A DNA stretch of 49,746 bases, from contig CAZTAY010000003.1 of NCBI GenBank assembly GCA_964611655.1, positions 1 through 49,746 of the forward strand, read 5' to 3'. The notes under the pieces were generated by a model. That model ran no database searches. It worked only from the letters and a program-made list of their open reading frames with translations, and was not told the DNA's origin. Origin of the DNA: an uncultured Eubacteriales bacterium. Its GTDB lineage: Bacteria > Bacillota > Clostridia > Lachnospirales > CAZTAY01. The position numbers and the translations under genes are program-made. Positions 39,377-47,587 of this stretch are shown in pieces; the stretch's first letter is position 1; each line of letters begins with the position of its first letter.

Positions 39377-39904
39377 CTATTGAACCTTATAGCTTCCTTT
39401 TACCATGAACCAAGCATCATTAACAACCTTGATACCTCTTCCGTCATCTCTTGGGAAAATCATAAGGTTGTTTTTAGGTATTTTTGCGTTGTTGGCTATA
39501 TCTGTTCCGCTTGTAGCGTTGACAATCTTATCAACTAAAGCAATTGCGTATCCATCACCGCTTCGCATAATAAGTTCTGTGCCTTCGCCGCAAATGATTG
39601 ATTGGCCCATTTGAACCTTAACAGGTACAAATGACAAGCCTTTTGAGCCAACAGCCTCCGAAATAAGCTCTTGAACCTGACTTGCAATAAACTCCGAGCT
39701 AAGAGGAGAATCCTCTGAAGAGCCTATCAGCCTTATAACCTCATCTATACGGCTGTCCACATATGATTTGGTTGAAAGGGGATCGTTTTGTGAGCCAAGC
39801 CCATCGGCTGAAGCACCTGCCTTATCCACGACAGCAAACGCAAGAAGTAATAATATTACAAACATTGGAACAACAGCTTTTGCAAGGGTGTTTAATTTTT
39901 TCAT
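39377..39904 (-). CDS. Conserved hypothetical exported protein
   Basis: Signal peptide-like N-terminus, GSQNDPLSTKSYVD, GEGTELIMRSG, PRDDGRG; ATG 39904 with RBS GGAGG. Confidence 0.8.
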   Translation of the reverse strand: MKKLNTLAKAVVPMFVILLLLAFAVVDKAGASADGLGSQNDPLSTKSYVDSRIDEVIRLIGSSEDSPLSSEFIASQVQELISEAVGSKGLSFVPVKVQMGQSIICGEGTELIMRSGDGYAIALVDKIVNATSGTDIANNAKIPKNNLMIFPRDDGRGIKVVNDAWFMVKGSYKVQ

Positions 39905-39925
39905 GCTATCCTCCAAGAATTGAAC

Positions 39926-42868
39926 TTAATCTACAAAAGGAACATCATCCATTGGTTCCTGCGGAGCTGTCTTTGTATCACTTGCAGTAGTCTCCGTCAG
40001 TGAATTGTTTTTGTAGATTGGTTGTAAATCATAACTCATATTATCAGCAGTTGCCCGTATCTTTAATACATAATAATCATTGTTTAGGTCATAAGTTTTG
40101 CTAAGCAAACCGTTAAGGGTTATATATCTTATACCATCTACAGCATTAACTTTTGTTTCGTAAGTGCATCCTGCAACAACAATGATGTTTGCACCTGTTC
40201 GTTCCCTATGTTGTTTCAGAAGATTATGGAAAATATCCCTTTCCCTAGAATCTGAAAAACCGTCATTCTGACTCCAAATATCCTTGTTTGTTAATATAAC
40301 AATATTCTTCTTTGTCATATTATTCAGATCGTTTTGCAGAGAACGCCATTGCTGTGCATTTGTAAGTCTCAATCCACCCTTAGATGTTGCAAGGGAAATT
40401 GTTGTAATATTACCTGTGCCGTTTAATTCATACCGATCCAACCATTGAATACAAGGCTTAGTAATGCCCTGATTGACCTTTGTATAACCTGCAAAAGCAA
40501 TTGCTTCTGCATTCATCTGCATTTTTGCAAGTGCTTGTGTCAATACAACAGATGCAAGCTCATTTGTTTTCCAAGCAGTTGGGCCAAAAACAGCAATCTC
40601 CGTTTCACCCTGTTCAGGAGCGGCTGCAAACTCTTTTCTCATTGGATCTTTGACACCACCGGTTACATAAACCCCAGAGTCAGGAGAGGTTAAGTATTCA
40701 GCCATAATATTGTCAATTAGTATATCGCTTGTTTTTGTAGTTGCCGTTTTGGGTGCAATAACATATATTTTATCCAGTGCTATTGGATAAGCAACATTTT
40801 CAGGCACAGAGCCGTATACATATTTCCAGCCGTTTACAGTCAGAGGTGATTTAAAATCAATATTAGTTACTTTTCCTGCTGAATCCTTAATATTCATTTT
40901 TATTTCATAACCTGATGCATCAGACTTAACCCACATACCTAATCCAACAGGATATCCTGGTAGAATACTTGCTGATGAGTTTTTGTAATCAATGCTTGCA
41001 GATTGACCTTTGGTCTGGTTTGGTAAAAATGTATAAGTCAATTTAACCGAACGGCTCTTGTCTTTTGCCTCGTTTGAATAGGAAACAGAACCATTAATGG
41101 TTGTTGGATAAGGTGTAAACAAAAGTCCTGAATCCGTTTCATAGCTTTCAACTGTAGAAGCGGTTGTGCCAACAGCAACAGATGCCTGTCCCGTTAGTCC
41201 ACCGTAGCTTGCGGTAATAACTGCTTTGCCTTTACTGGTTGCAGTAAAAACTCCATTTCCGTCAAAAAGGCCAATACTTGGGGAAACTGACCAAGAAACC
41301 TGAGAAGGGTTCAAGTCAATATAATAACCATCCTCATTTACAAGTCGAACCTTGATTGCAGTCTTTTGACCGTTCTTTGTAGAAATTCCTGTAGGGTTTA
41401 ATTTAAGGGCTGAAGCTGCTGAAACTGCCTTTACATCAATTTCAGAGGTAACCCCTGCGCTTGAAGCGATTATTTTTCCAACTCCGCTAGTCTTAGGGGT
41501 AAAAACATTGCCATTAAACGTTCCTTCAATTCCGCTAGATGAATAAGAAACATTATAAGCAGGCACAGGATTTCTGTTTTGGTCATAACCTTTTGCATCA
41601 ATAGTATAACCACGACCTGCCATCATTATAATATTTTCCTTTTTATTGTTCACGGAAATAACCATTCCTGAAAGGCTGCCCGTTTGGTTGGTTGAAAAAA
41701 CACCCAGTGCATTGGCAACTCGTCTTTGATTTCCATCTGAAACTATATTACGCAGGGAAATTTCAGATTCACCTTCATTCCTTGAAATAAACGTGGTTGA
41801 ACCACCGCCGTCAAGGTGAAAAGCGTCATAAGCGCCATATTCCCTCATAACCTCCGCACATTCATAATGGGTAAGCCCTACGCTTGAAGTTCTGCCATCA
41901 GCAGTGAGAATAATCAGCTGTGTTCTTTCTTTGTTAAGACCAACAATTGTCCTGGAAGGCCGTCCTGTTTTTTCAATTATAAGTCCGTCCTCAACGGTTA
42001 CTCCAGCCTGTAATATCTTTGAACCACCGCTAAGTCCTAATTTAATTGAATCTAAAGTTTTATCCGGAATTCCGGAAAAGGTGTAATACTCCTGATATGA
42101 AGCTTTATCACCTACATGGAAATATTTTATATCAGCGTCGGCTGTTTTTTTATCAAGAACAATTACATACCCATTTTCAGGTACATTGACTGTTTCTCCG
42201 GGAGCTGAAACATAAGAAATGGTGTCACCTGTTACAACGATCTTGGATAAATCTTTTGTACGCTTGTCCAAGTCTGCCGTTGACGTTGCGGCACTTCTAT
42301 CAAAATAAATTGGTCTTGTTGTTGACGGTGTAACCTTATTTTTTGAATCAAGTTGTATTCTTGCCGTATTCGCCCCAAAAAATCCAATATACTTAATTTT
42401 AAGGTAATCAATAAACGGATTGTTATTAGAGTCAATATAAATACCCGCATAATTATTTTTTTCCAAGTTGTAATAATTTCTTGTTGCGTTAATCTTTCCG
42501 TCTCTAACTACAATTCCCATAGAAGATCGTGGTTCTCCTGTTCCGAAGAAATCACCATTAACAGCTGCAAGCGCGCCGCTACTCCTTGCAAGGTTTTCAA
42601 CCGAGTGTTTAATACCATATTCACTTGGACTTTCTAATACATCCAATTTTACATTTGGATTTGTAATATCAATTATAAGTGCATGAATATATGTCCAGCC
42701 TCTGTCGTAAAGCCGTGTGCTTTTTTCATACACAACTCCGTCAGTAATAGTTTGCTTTTCTTTTGTTTCATAAAGCAAGCTTTCAGGGGCTGCATATACA
42801 TTAAAAGAAAGGGTAAGGACTATTACAACAAATATATATGCGAAAATAAATCTTTTATAAGCAATCAT
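39926..42868 (-). CDS. Secreted multidomain phosphodiester glycosidase (NAGPA family) protein
   Basis: Signal peptide; AAVNGDFF, PSRTIVG, TADGR, AFHLDGGGST, RRVANAL; Ig-like and CBM-like segments; ATG 42868 with RBS GGAGG. Confidence 0.88.
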   Translation of the reverse strand: MIAYKRFIFAYIFVVIVLTLSFNVYAAPESLLYETKEKQTITDGVVYEKSTRLYDRGWTYIHALIIDITNPNVKLDVLESPSEYGIKHSVENLARSSGALAAVNGDFFGTGEPRSSMGIVVRDGKINATRNYYNLEKNNYAGIYIDSNNNPFIDYLKIKYIGFFGANTARIQLDSKNKVTPSTTRPIYFDRSAATSTADLDKRTKDLSKIVVTGDTISYVSAPGETVNVPENGYVIVLDKKTADADIKYFHVGDKASYQEYYTFSGIPDKTLDSIKLGLSGGSKILQAGVTVEDGLIIEKTGRPSRTIVGLNKERTQLIILTADGRTSSVGLTHYECAEVMREYGAYDAFHLDGGGSTTFISRNEGESEISLRNIVSDGNQRRVANALGVFSTNQTGSLSGMVISVNNKKENIIMMAGRGYTIDAKGYDQNRNPVPAYNVSYSSSGIEGTFNGNVFTPKTSGVGKIIASSAGVTSEIDVKAVSAASALKLNPTGISTKNGQKTAIKVRLVNEDGYYIDLNPSQVSWSVSPSIGLFDGNGVFTATSKGKAVITASYGGLTGQASVAVGTTASTVESYETDSGLLFTPYPTTINGSVSYSNEAKDKSRSVKLTYTFLPNQTKGQSASIDYKNSSASILPGYPVGLGMWVKSDASGYEIKMNIKDSAGKVTNIDFKSPLTVNGWKYVYGSVPENVAYPIALDKIYVIAPKTATTKTSDILIDNIMAEYLTSPDSGVYVTGGVKDPMRKEFAAAPEQGETEIAVFGPTAWKTNELASVVLTQALAKMQMNAEAIAFAGYTKVNQGITKPCIQWLDRYELNGTGNITTISLATSKGGLRLTNAQQWRSLQNDLNNMTKKNIVILTNKDIWSQNDGFSDSRERDIFHNLLKQHRERTGANIIVVAGCTYETKVNAVDGIRYITLNGLLSKTYDLNNDYYVLKIRATADNMSYDLQPIYKNNSLTETTASDTKTAPQEPMDDVPFVD

Positions 42869-42922
42869 TACTACCTCCAAATCCAAGTCAAGTCCAAGAT
42901 AAATCCGGTTCTGGTGGAATAC

Positions 42923-44260
42923 CTATTGCTGGGTTGTTGCCTCTTTCATATCAGAATCGTTTTTACCAATTACAATTACTATATCTGTTTTTCCGGTTAT
43001 CTTTGTCTTATCAACAATAATTTCTGCTGTAGGGAACATAGCTAGAAGGTCTTTGCCATAACCGTTTTTCTTTACATATATCCTTGTTTTGTCTTTCTTT
43101 GTGCCTTCAAAGTCGTCTATGGTCACCTTTTCATACCCTGCTTCAACCATTTTATCCTTTATGTAAGACGCAAGCCCTGTTTTGCCCACGCCATTTAAAA
43201 CTTCAATGCTTAAATCTTTGCTGTAAATAGGTATTACATCCTTGCTAACACCGTAGAATACTTCCTGTACCACATCTGACAGTTCCGATTCATCAACAAT
43301 GAAATACGAAATATCTCCTATATATTTTCCTTCACCAGGCAAAACAAATGTATTGAAGTTTTCTGCCTTAAACTCTGTTATATATTTTAAATAAGGAAGA
43401 GCCTCGTCAAGGTTAAGGTTTGTTTTTACATTGTTCAAAACTGTTCTAACATAATTATGAGCCTCTTCAACGAAAGTATCCTTATCCAAGACTTGTTTTA
43501 ATAGCTCTGACATAAACAACTGCTGAACCTTTATTCTTTGCATATCCCCGTCTCTGTAGTCATGTCTGTAACGAACAAAACCTTCCGCATCCGCACCCAT
43601 TAAAACCTGTTTTCCAGGAGAGAGGTTAATACGTAAGTTTTGAGTTGGGTCATAGTATTTATAACTTCTTTCAAGTGTCATTTCGACACCACCTATGGTG
43701 TCTATAATCTCTCTGAAAGCCTTAGTACTGATTTCAGCGTAGTAGTCAAATTTAACTCCCAATAGCTCTTCAAGCTGAAGTTGACAAAATTCTATGGCAT
43801 GATCTCTAGCCCAAACATGAACCTCGTTAATTTTCATAACATCAGGTGTCCAATGACCTTCTTCCTTTAATATCCTTCTTCTGTCCTCAGGCATTGTAAC
43901 CCTTGTGTCTCTAGGGATTGACAACAAATTAAGAGTCATTTTATCCCTGTCAAAACATCCTGCCATGATAGTATCCGTTCTTGAGTCATCCGCATCAACA
44001 CCATATAAAACAAAATTAGTTTTTGATTTTACAGGATCTATAAAGGGTATTCCAAATCCATCTTCGTTTTTCTTTCCACTGTTGTTCCCTTGATTTGGTT
44101 TAATAACTAACTGATTAGAAGGTCTGCTTATAATATAACCCAGCACTGCAATCCCGGACACAAAAACGAACAATACAACAACAGTAAAAACAATCGAAAA
44201 GAACTTAAGGGCAGGGCTAACCTTTTTCTTTACTGCCTTCTTTTTCTCATTTTTTAACAT
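42923..44260 (-). CDS. LCP (LytR-CpsA-Psr) phosphotransferase with LytR_C domain
   Basis: TM anchor, GVD..RTDTIM, LSIPRDT, FVRYRH..GD.QR..VQQ, IEVLNG.GKTGLA, DIVIVIG; ATG 44260 with RBS GGGAG. Confidence 0.93.
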   Translation of the reverse strand: MLKNEKKKAVKKKVSPALKFFSIVFTVVVLFVFVSGIAVLGYIISRPSNQLVIKPNQGNNSGKKNEDGFGIPFIDPVKSKTNFVLYGVDADDSRTDTIMAGCFDRDKMTLNLLSIPRDTRVTMPEDRRRILKEEGHWTPDVMKINEVHVWARDHAIEFCQLQLEELLGVKFDYYAEISTKAFREIIDTIGGVEMTLERSYKYYDPTQNLRINLSPGKQVLMGADAEGFVRYRHDYRDGDMQRIKVQQLFMSELLKQVLDKDTFVEEAHNYVRTVLNNVKTNLNLDEALPYLKYITEFKAENFNTFVLPGEGKYIGDISYFIVDESELSDVVQEVFYGVSKDVIPIYSKDLSIEVLNGVGKTGLASYIKDKMVEAGYEKVTIDDFEGTKKDKTRIYVKKNGYGKDLLAMFPTAEIIVDKTKITGKTDIVIVIGKNDSDMKEATTQQ

Positions 44261-44345
44261 AATTACACTCCCATGCATTTGCTATACGTTTAAATTGTAC
44301 CAATTGATTTTAATTTAGTCATACTTATTAAAAAAACTATTCAAT

Positions 44346-44374
44346 AGTATAGCAAATCAAAAAGGAATTTACAA
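44346..44374 (-). promoter_or_regulatory. sigA-like promoter of the cell-wall polymer cluster
   Basis: TTGTAA-17-TATACT with TG extension on the - strand. Confidence 0.6.
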
Positions 44375-44416
44375 CAAAAGCCGACTAATTTAATATTAAA
44401 TATTTATTACTCTCAC

Positions 44417-44457
44417 GCCAAATACCGGCATTCACATAAGTGACACCGGTATTTGGC
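44417..44457. terminator. Strong hairpin downstream of asnB
   Basis: Perfect 12-bp stem GCCAAATACCGG / CCGGTATTTGGC with inner TCAC/GTGA; no clear U-tract. Confidence 0.5.
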
Positions 44458-44472
44458 AATAAATATGATTTA

Positions 44473-44630
44473 CTAGGATGTGTTCCCATTAATTGAAAGG
44501 CAATATTTTGGAGCTTGATTTTTGCCATTCGAGGAAGATTCAACGACTCTAAAAGAAAAAATAATGCAGGAACTGATGATAAAGAATTGCGTAATATCAA
44601 CCAAAAATTGTTGGTCGGAACACGACCTAA
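44473..44630. repeat. Degenerate palindromic MITE-like element 2
   Basis: Ends CTAGGATGTGTTCCCA and TCGGAACACGACCTAA (12/16 inverted match); internal ATTTTTGCCATTCGAGGAAG similar to element 1. Confidence 0.55.
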
Positions 44631-44654
44631 AAGAAGATGAATTAAAAAGAAGAT

Positions 44655-46502
44655 TTAGATTTCTATTTTAACTTTATATTTATTCATCCAATATTCAATC
44701 TGAATAATATACGCAAGCATTTGAGGTCCTGCCATTAACTGTCCAAACCAAGGTTTGCCATAGTCTTTAGGAGACGCAATAAAAGATTTAAGTTTTTCTT
44801 TGTCTATAATATCAAGCACAGGTGATGTGCCATCTGATATAATTTCGTTTAGTCTTTCTGATAGAAGCTGTTCATAGACCGGGTTATAGCTTTTTGGGAA
44901 TGGACTTTTCTTTCTAAATAGAACCTCATCAGGCAGCAAACCCCTGCCCGCTTCTCTTAAAAGGTTTTTAACCACACCATCCTTACATTTCATATCCCAA
45001 GGAATGTTAAACACATATTCAATTATTCTGTGATCCGCAAAGGGCACTCTTGCTTCAAGCCCCGAATACATGCTGACTCTGTCCATTCTGTCAATCAATG
45101 TTGTCATGAACCATTTTAAATTCAAATAAGCAATTTCTCTGCGTCTCGATTCTTCCTTTGATTCACCCATTAATTTTGGTACTTTTAATATTGTTTCCAT
45201 ATATCTTTGTTTTGAATAATCGTCAATATCAAGCATTTTAAGCATTTCATCTGATAATATTGTTTTTCTTGGAGATAAGTCCCTGCTCCAAGGAAAAGCT
45301 TCCGTTTCAAAGGCTTCCTTGCTGTGGAACCAGGGGTATCCGCCGAAAACCTCGTCGGCACATTCGCCCGTTAATGCAACTTTATTATGTTCTCTAACCT
45401 TCTTGCAGAAATACAGTAAGGAGGAATCTACATCAGCCATACCTGGTAGGTCTTTTGCATCTACAGCCTCATAGAGGGCATCAAACATATCCCTTGTTGT
45501 GCAAGTCAGGTAAGAATGGTTTGTTTTACAGTAATCAACCATTTTGTCAACCCACAGTCTGTCCCTTTCAGGCTGGAAGGAATTTGCCTTGAAATGCTCG
45601 TCATTGCCTTCAAAGTCAAATGAGAATGTGCTAAGCACTTCACCCTTTTCCTTAAGCTCTGCTGCCACAACACTTGTTACAATGCTTGAGTCTAGTCCCC
45701 CTGATAACAAAGAGCAGATAGGCACATCGGAAACCATCTGGCGTTTAATTGCGTCCTTAACAAGAAATGCTGTCTTTTCAATAGTTTCTTCATAGCTATC
45801 CGTATGAACCTTGCTTTCTACGTCCCAGTATTTATTTACAAACAGCCCCGCTTTAGTAAATACCCCAAAATGACCTGGTGGGAATTCCGAAATGTTCTTA
45901 AACACACCGCCACCAGGAGTTCTTGCAGGTCCAATTGCAAAAATTTCGCATAGTCCGTCTTTGTCAATAATTGGTTCAATGCCTGGATATGCAAGTAATG
46001 CCTTTAATTCAGAACCAAAAACAAAACAGCCGTCTATAATGGAATAAAACAAAGGCTTGATTCCAGCTCTGTCTCTGACCAAGTAAAGATTCTCTGAATC
46101 CCATACCGCAAAAGCAAAAATACCGTTAAGCTTATGGACAAACTCAACACCATGTTTCATAAATCCGTTTAAAATAATCTCTGTATCACTGTTTGTATCA
46201 AAAGAACAGCCTTCATTAATCAGTTCTTCTCGCAGTTCCTTCATATTATATAGTTCACCGTTATAAACAATTGAAAAGGTTCGTCCCGAATCTTTCTTTG
46301 TAATAGGTTGTTTTCCTGTTTTAAGGTCAATAATCGCCAGCCTTGCATGACCAAGTGCGCAGTTTGAATCCAAATATTCACCTGACTCGTCAGGTCCTCT
46401 TTTTTTAAGTGAGACTTTCATATCCTCCAGTATTTCAAGCCATCTTTCTTTTTCGGAAAAAAAGTCCTGATTATAGTTGCAAAAGCCTGTTATTCCGCAC
46501 AT
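44655..46502 (-). CDS. asnB: Asparagine synthase (glutamine-hydrolysing), AsnO-like
   Basis: MCGI N-terminal nucleophile, RGPD, GHARLAIID, YNGELYN, LSGGLDSS, GECADEVFGGYPW, EARVPFAD. Confidence 0.95.
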   Translation of the reverse strand: MCGITGFCNYNQDFFSEKERWLEILEDMKVSLKKRGPDESGEYLDSNCALGHARLAIIDLKTGKQPITKKDSGRTFSIVYNGELYNMKELREELINEGCSFDTNSDTEIILNGFMKHGVEFVHKLNGIFAFAVWDSENLYLVRDRAGIKPLFYSIIDGCFVFGSELKALLAYPGIEPIIDKDGLCEIFAIGPARTPGGGVFKNISEFPPGHFGVFTKAGLFVNKYWDVESKVHTDSYEETIEKTAFLVKDAIKRQMVSDVPICSLLSGGLDSSIVTSVVAAELKEKGEVLSTFSFDFEGNDEHFKANSFQPERDRLWVDKMVDYCKTNHSYLTCTTRDMFDALYEAVDAKDLPGMADVDSSLLYFCKKVREHNKVALTGECADEVFGGYPWFHSKEAFETEAFPWSRDLSPRKTILSDEMLKMLDIDDYSKQRYMETILKVPKLMGESKEESRRREIAYLNLKWFMTTLIDRMDRVSMYSGLEARVPFADHRIIEYVFNIPWDMKCKDGVVKNLLREAGRGLLPDEVLFRKKSPFPKSYNPVYEQLLSERLNEIISDGTSPVLDIIDKEKLKSFIASPKDYGKPWFGQLMAGPQMLAYIIQIEYWMNKYKVKIEI

Positions 46503-46527
46503 AACGCACCTCTTATTATGATATTTT

Positions 46528-46555
46528 ATTATAAAGTGGTTTGCAATATTGACAA
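46528..46555 (-). promoter_or_regulatory. Putative promoter of asnB
   Basis: TTGTCA-16-TATAAT on the - strand; a sigE-like ATA-16-aATAAAAT reading also fits. Confidence 0.45.
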
Positions 46556-46641
46556 ATAAAAAATAAGCAAACCTCTTACATTTATTTTTCTATAGCTGCT
46601 TCGGTTTAAATTGAAACGAAACACTCTTGTGGCAGGGCGCT

Positions 46642-46703
46642 TAATTCAATTGATAATCGTCTTACACAAACAAGTTTGCTACATCCAATTTTCAATTGAA
46701 TTA
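46642..46703. repeat. 16-bp inverted repeat with self-palindromic cores
   Basis: TAATTCAATTGATAAT (46642-46657) vs ATTTTCAATTGAATTA (46688-46703), 15/16 complementary. Confidence 0.6.
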
Positions 46704-46708
46704 TCTAT

Positions 46709-46853
46709 ATAGTCACAAAACTTAAAATTAAGCACAGTAAGATCATTTATTTTCGGCATAGCAACTTCATGGTCATTTACCATACCTCCTTGTATGGGTA
46801 CTTCCGCGAAAAAACACTCTACATACTGTATAGTTTTCTAATTCTGTGACTAT
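46709..46853. repeat. Degenerate palindromic MITE-like element 3
   Basis: ATAGTCACAAAACTTAAAATTA / TAGTTTTCTAATTCTGTGACTAT ends, nested ACAGTA/TACTGT and TTTTCG/CGAAAA pairs, inner hairpin TACCATAC-CTCCTT-GTATGGGTA. Confidence 0.6.
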
Positions 46854-46995
46854 TCTTTAAAAATAAAATTGATTTAACCCCAATCTAGTAGAAAAATATA
46901 TCTGAAATATATTATTATTTTATTATCAAATTTGTTGCTTGGCTTAACGCCAGATTACTCGATTTTTAAAAAAACATTTAATATGGGCTCTTTTC

Positions 46996-47022
46996 ACAAT
47001 TCATGAGTGATTGAATATAATA
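46996..47022 (+). promoter_or_regulatory. sigK-like promoter of spoVFA
   Basis: AC-16-aATATAATA, one mismatch to the sigK consensus AC-16-CATANNNTA; spoVF is sigK-dependent in Bacillus subtilis. Confidence 0.4.
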
Positions 47023-47055
47023 TTTTATGACTATATACAATACGGAGGGATCGGT

Positions 47056-47466
47056 TTGGAGCGCAAAAAATTCGCCGTTTTAGGCGGGGATGAGAGAAAT
47101 ATTTATCTTTCTGAGTTACTTGAAAAAGATGGCCATTCAGTTACCAGATATGGTTTTGATAGATATGAAAAAAAGGTTATAAAGGAATCTGAAAACATGT
47201 ATGAGGCATTAAGTGAAGTGGATTATGTTATAGGTCCAACTCCATGCTGTCACAACAGCGACGATTTAAATGCTATTTACAGCGGCAAAATTATAAAGAT
47301 TGACGAAATTTTCAGATTAATCCGTCCAAACCAAATTTTTATGGCAGGTCACCTTATCAGTTCAACAAAAGAAATAGCTGAGCGTTATAGAGTAAAATGT
47401 ATAGATTTGCTAAAAAGAGAAGAACTTGCGTTAATGAATGCTATACCTACTGCATTGTCTAAATAG
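47056..47466 (+). CDS. spoVFA: Dipicolinate synthase subunit A, 5' half only (interrupted after NAIPTA)
   Basis: RBS GGAGG and TTG start; FAVLGGDER, GFD, IGPTP, IFMAG, IDLLKREELALMNAIPTA then LSK-stop; the NAD-binding C-terminal half and spoVFB are absent. Confidence 0.88.
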   Translation: MERKKFAVLGGDERNIYLSELLEKDGHSVTRYGFDRYEKKVIKESENMYEALSEVDYVIGPTPCCHNSDDLNAIYSGKIIKIDEIFRLIRPNQIFMAGHLISSTKEIAERYRVKCIDLLKREELALMNAIPTALSK

Positions 47467-47503
47467 CTATAAATAATTACAATTTGTATATATTTTAGAC
47501 TAT
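47449..47503. mobile_element. Candidate attL junction of an element interrupting spoVFA
   Basis: Homology ends at about 47454; an imperfect inverted repeat ATTGTCTAAATA..TATAAAT / ATTTGTA..TATTTTAGACTAT starts exactly there. Confidence 0.55.
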
Positions 47504-47524
47504 AGTCATGTTCTATTGTGCTAT

Positions 47525-47553
47525 TTGACTTTATGCTGATTAATTGTTAGAAT
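47525..47553 (+). promoter_or_regulatory. sigA promoter of the SLH-CAP gene
   Basis: TTGACT-17-TAGAAT with TG extension. Confidence 0.7.
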
Positions 47554-47587
47554 ATATTAAAATACGAAAAGAAAAGGGGCATAATAA

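Noticed and set aside
44385-44600. 71 aa - strand ORF downstream of asnB
   Set aside because: It spans the MITE-like element and the hairpin; no RBS or recognisable motif.
1-46502. Numerous 60-160 aa ORFs overlapping the core genes on the opposite strand or in other frames
   Set aside because: They are nested in well-supported genes and have no independent motifs or translation signals.
47011-47055. Upstream TTG start for spoVFA in the ORF track
   Set aside because: It overlaps the promoter; GGAGG at 47044-47048 points to TTG 47056.
47455-47587. Simple frameshift or stop read-through explanation for the spoVFA truncation
   Set aside because: The sequence after NAIPTA shows no EG-type continuation or Rossmann motif that I could find in any frame, and a new promoter and gene begin within about 130 nt.
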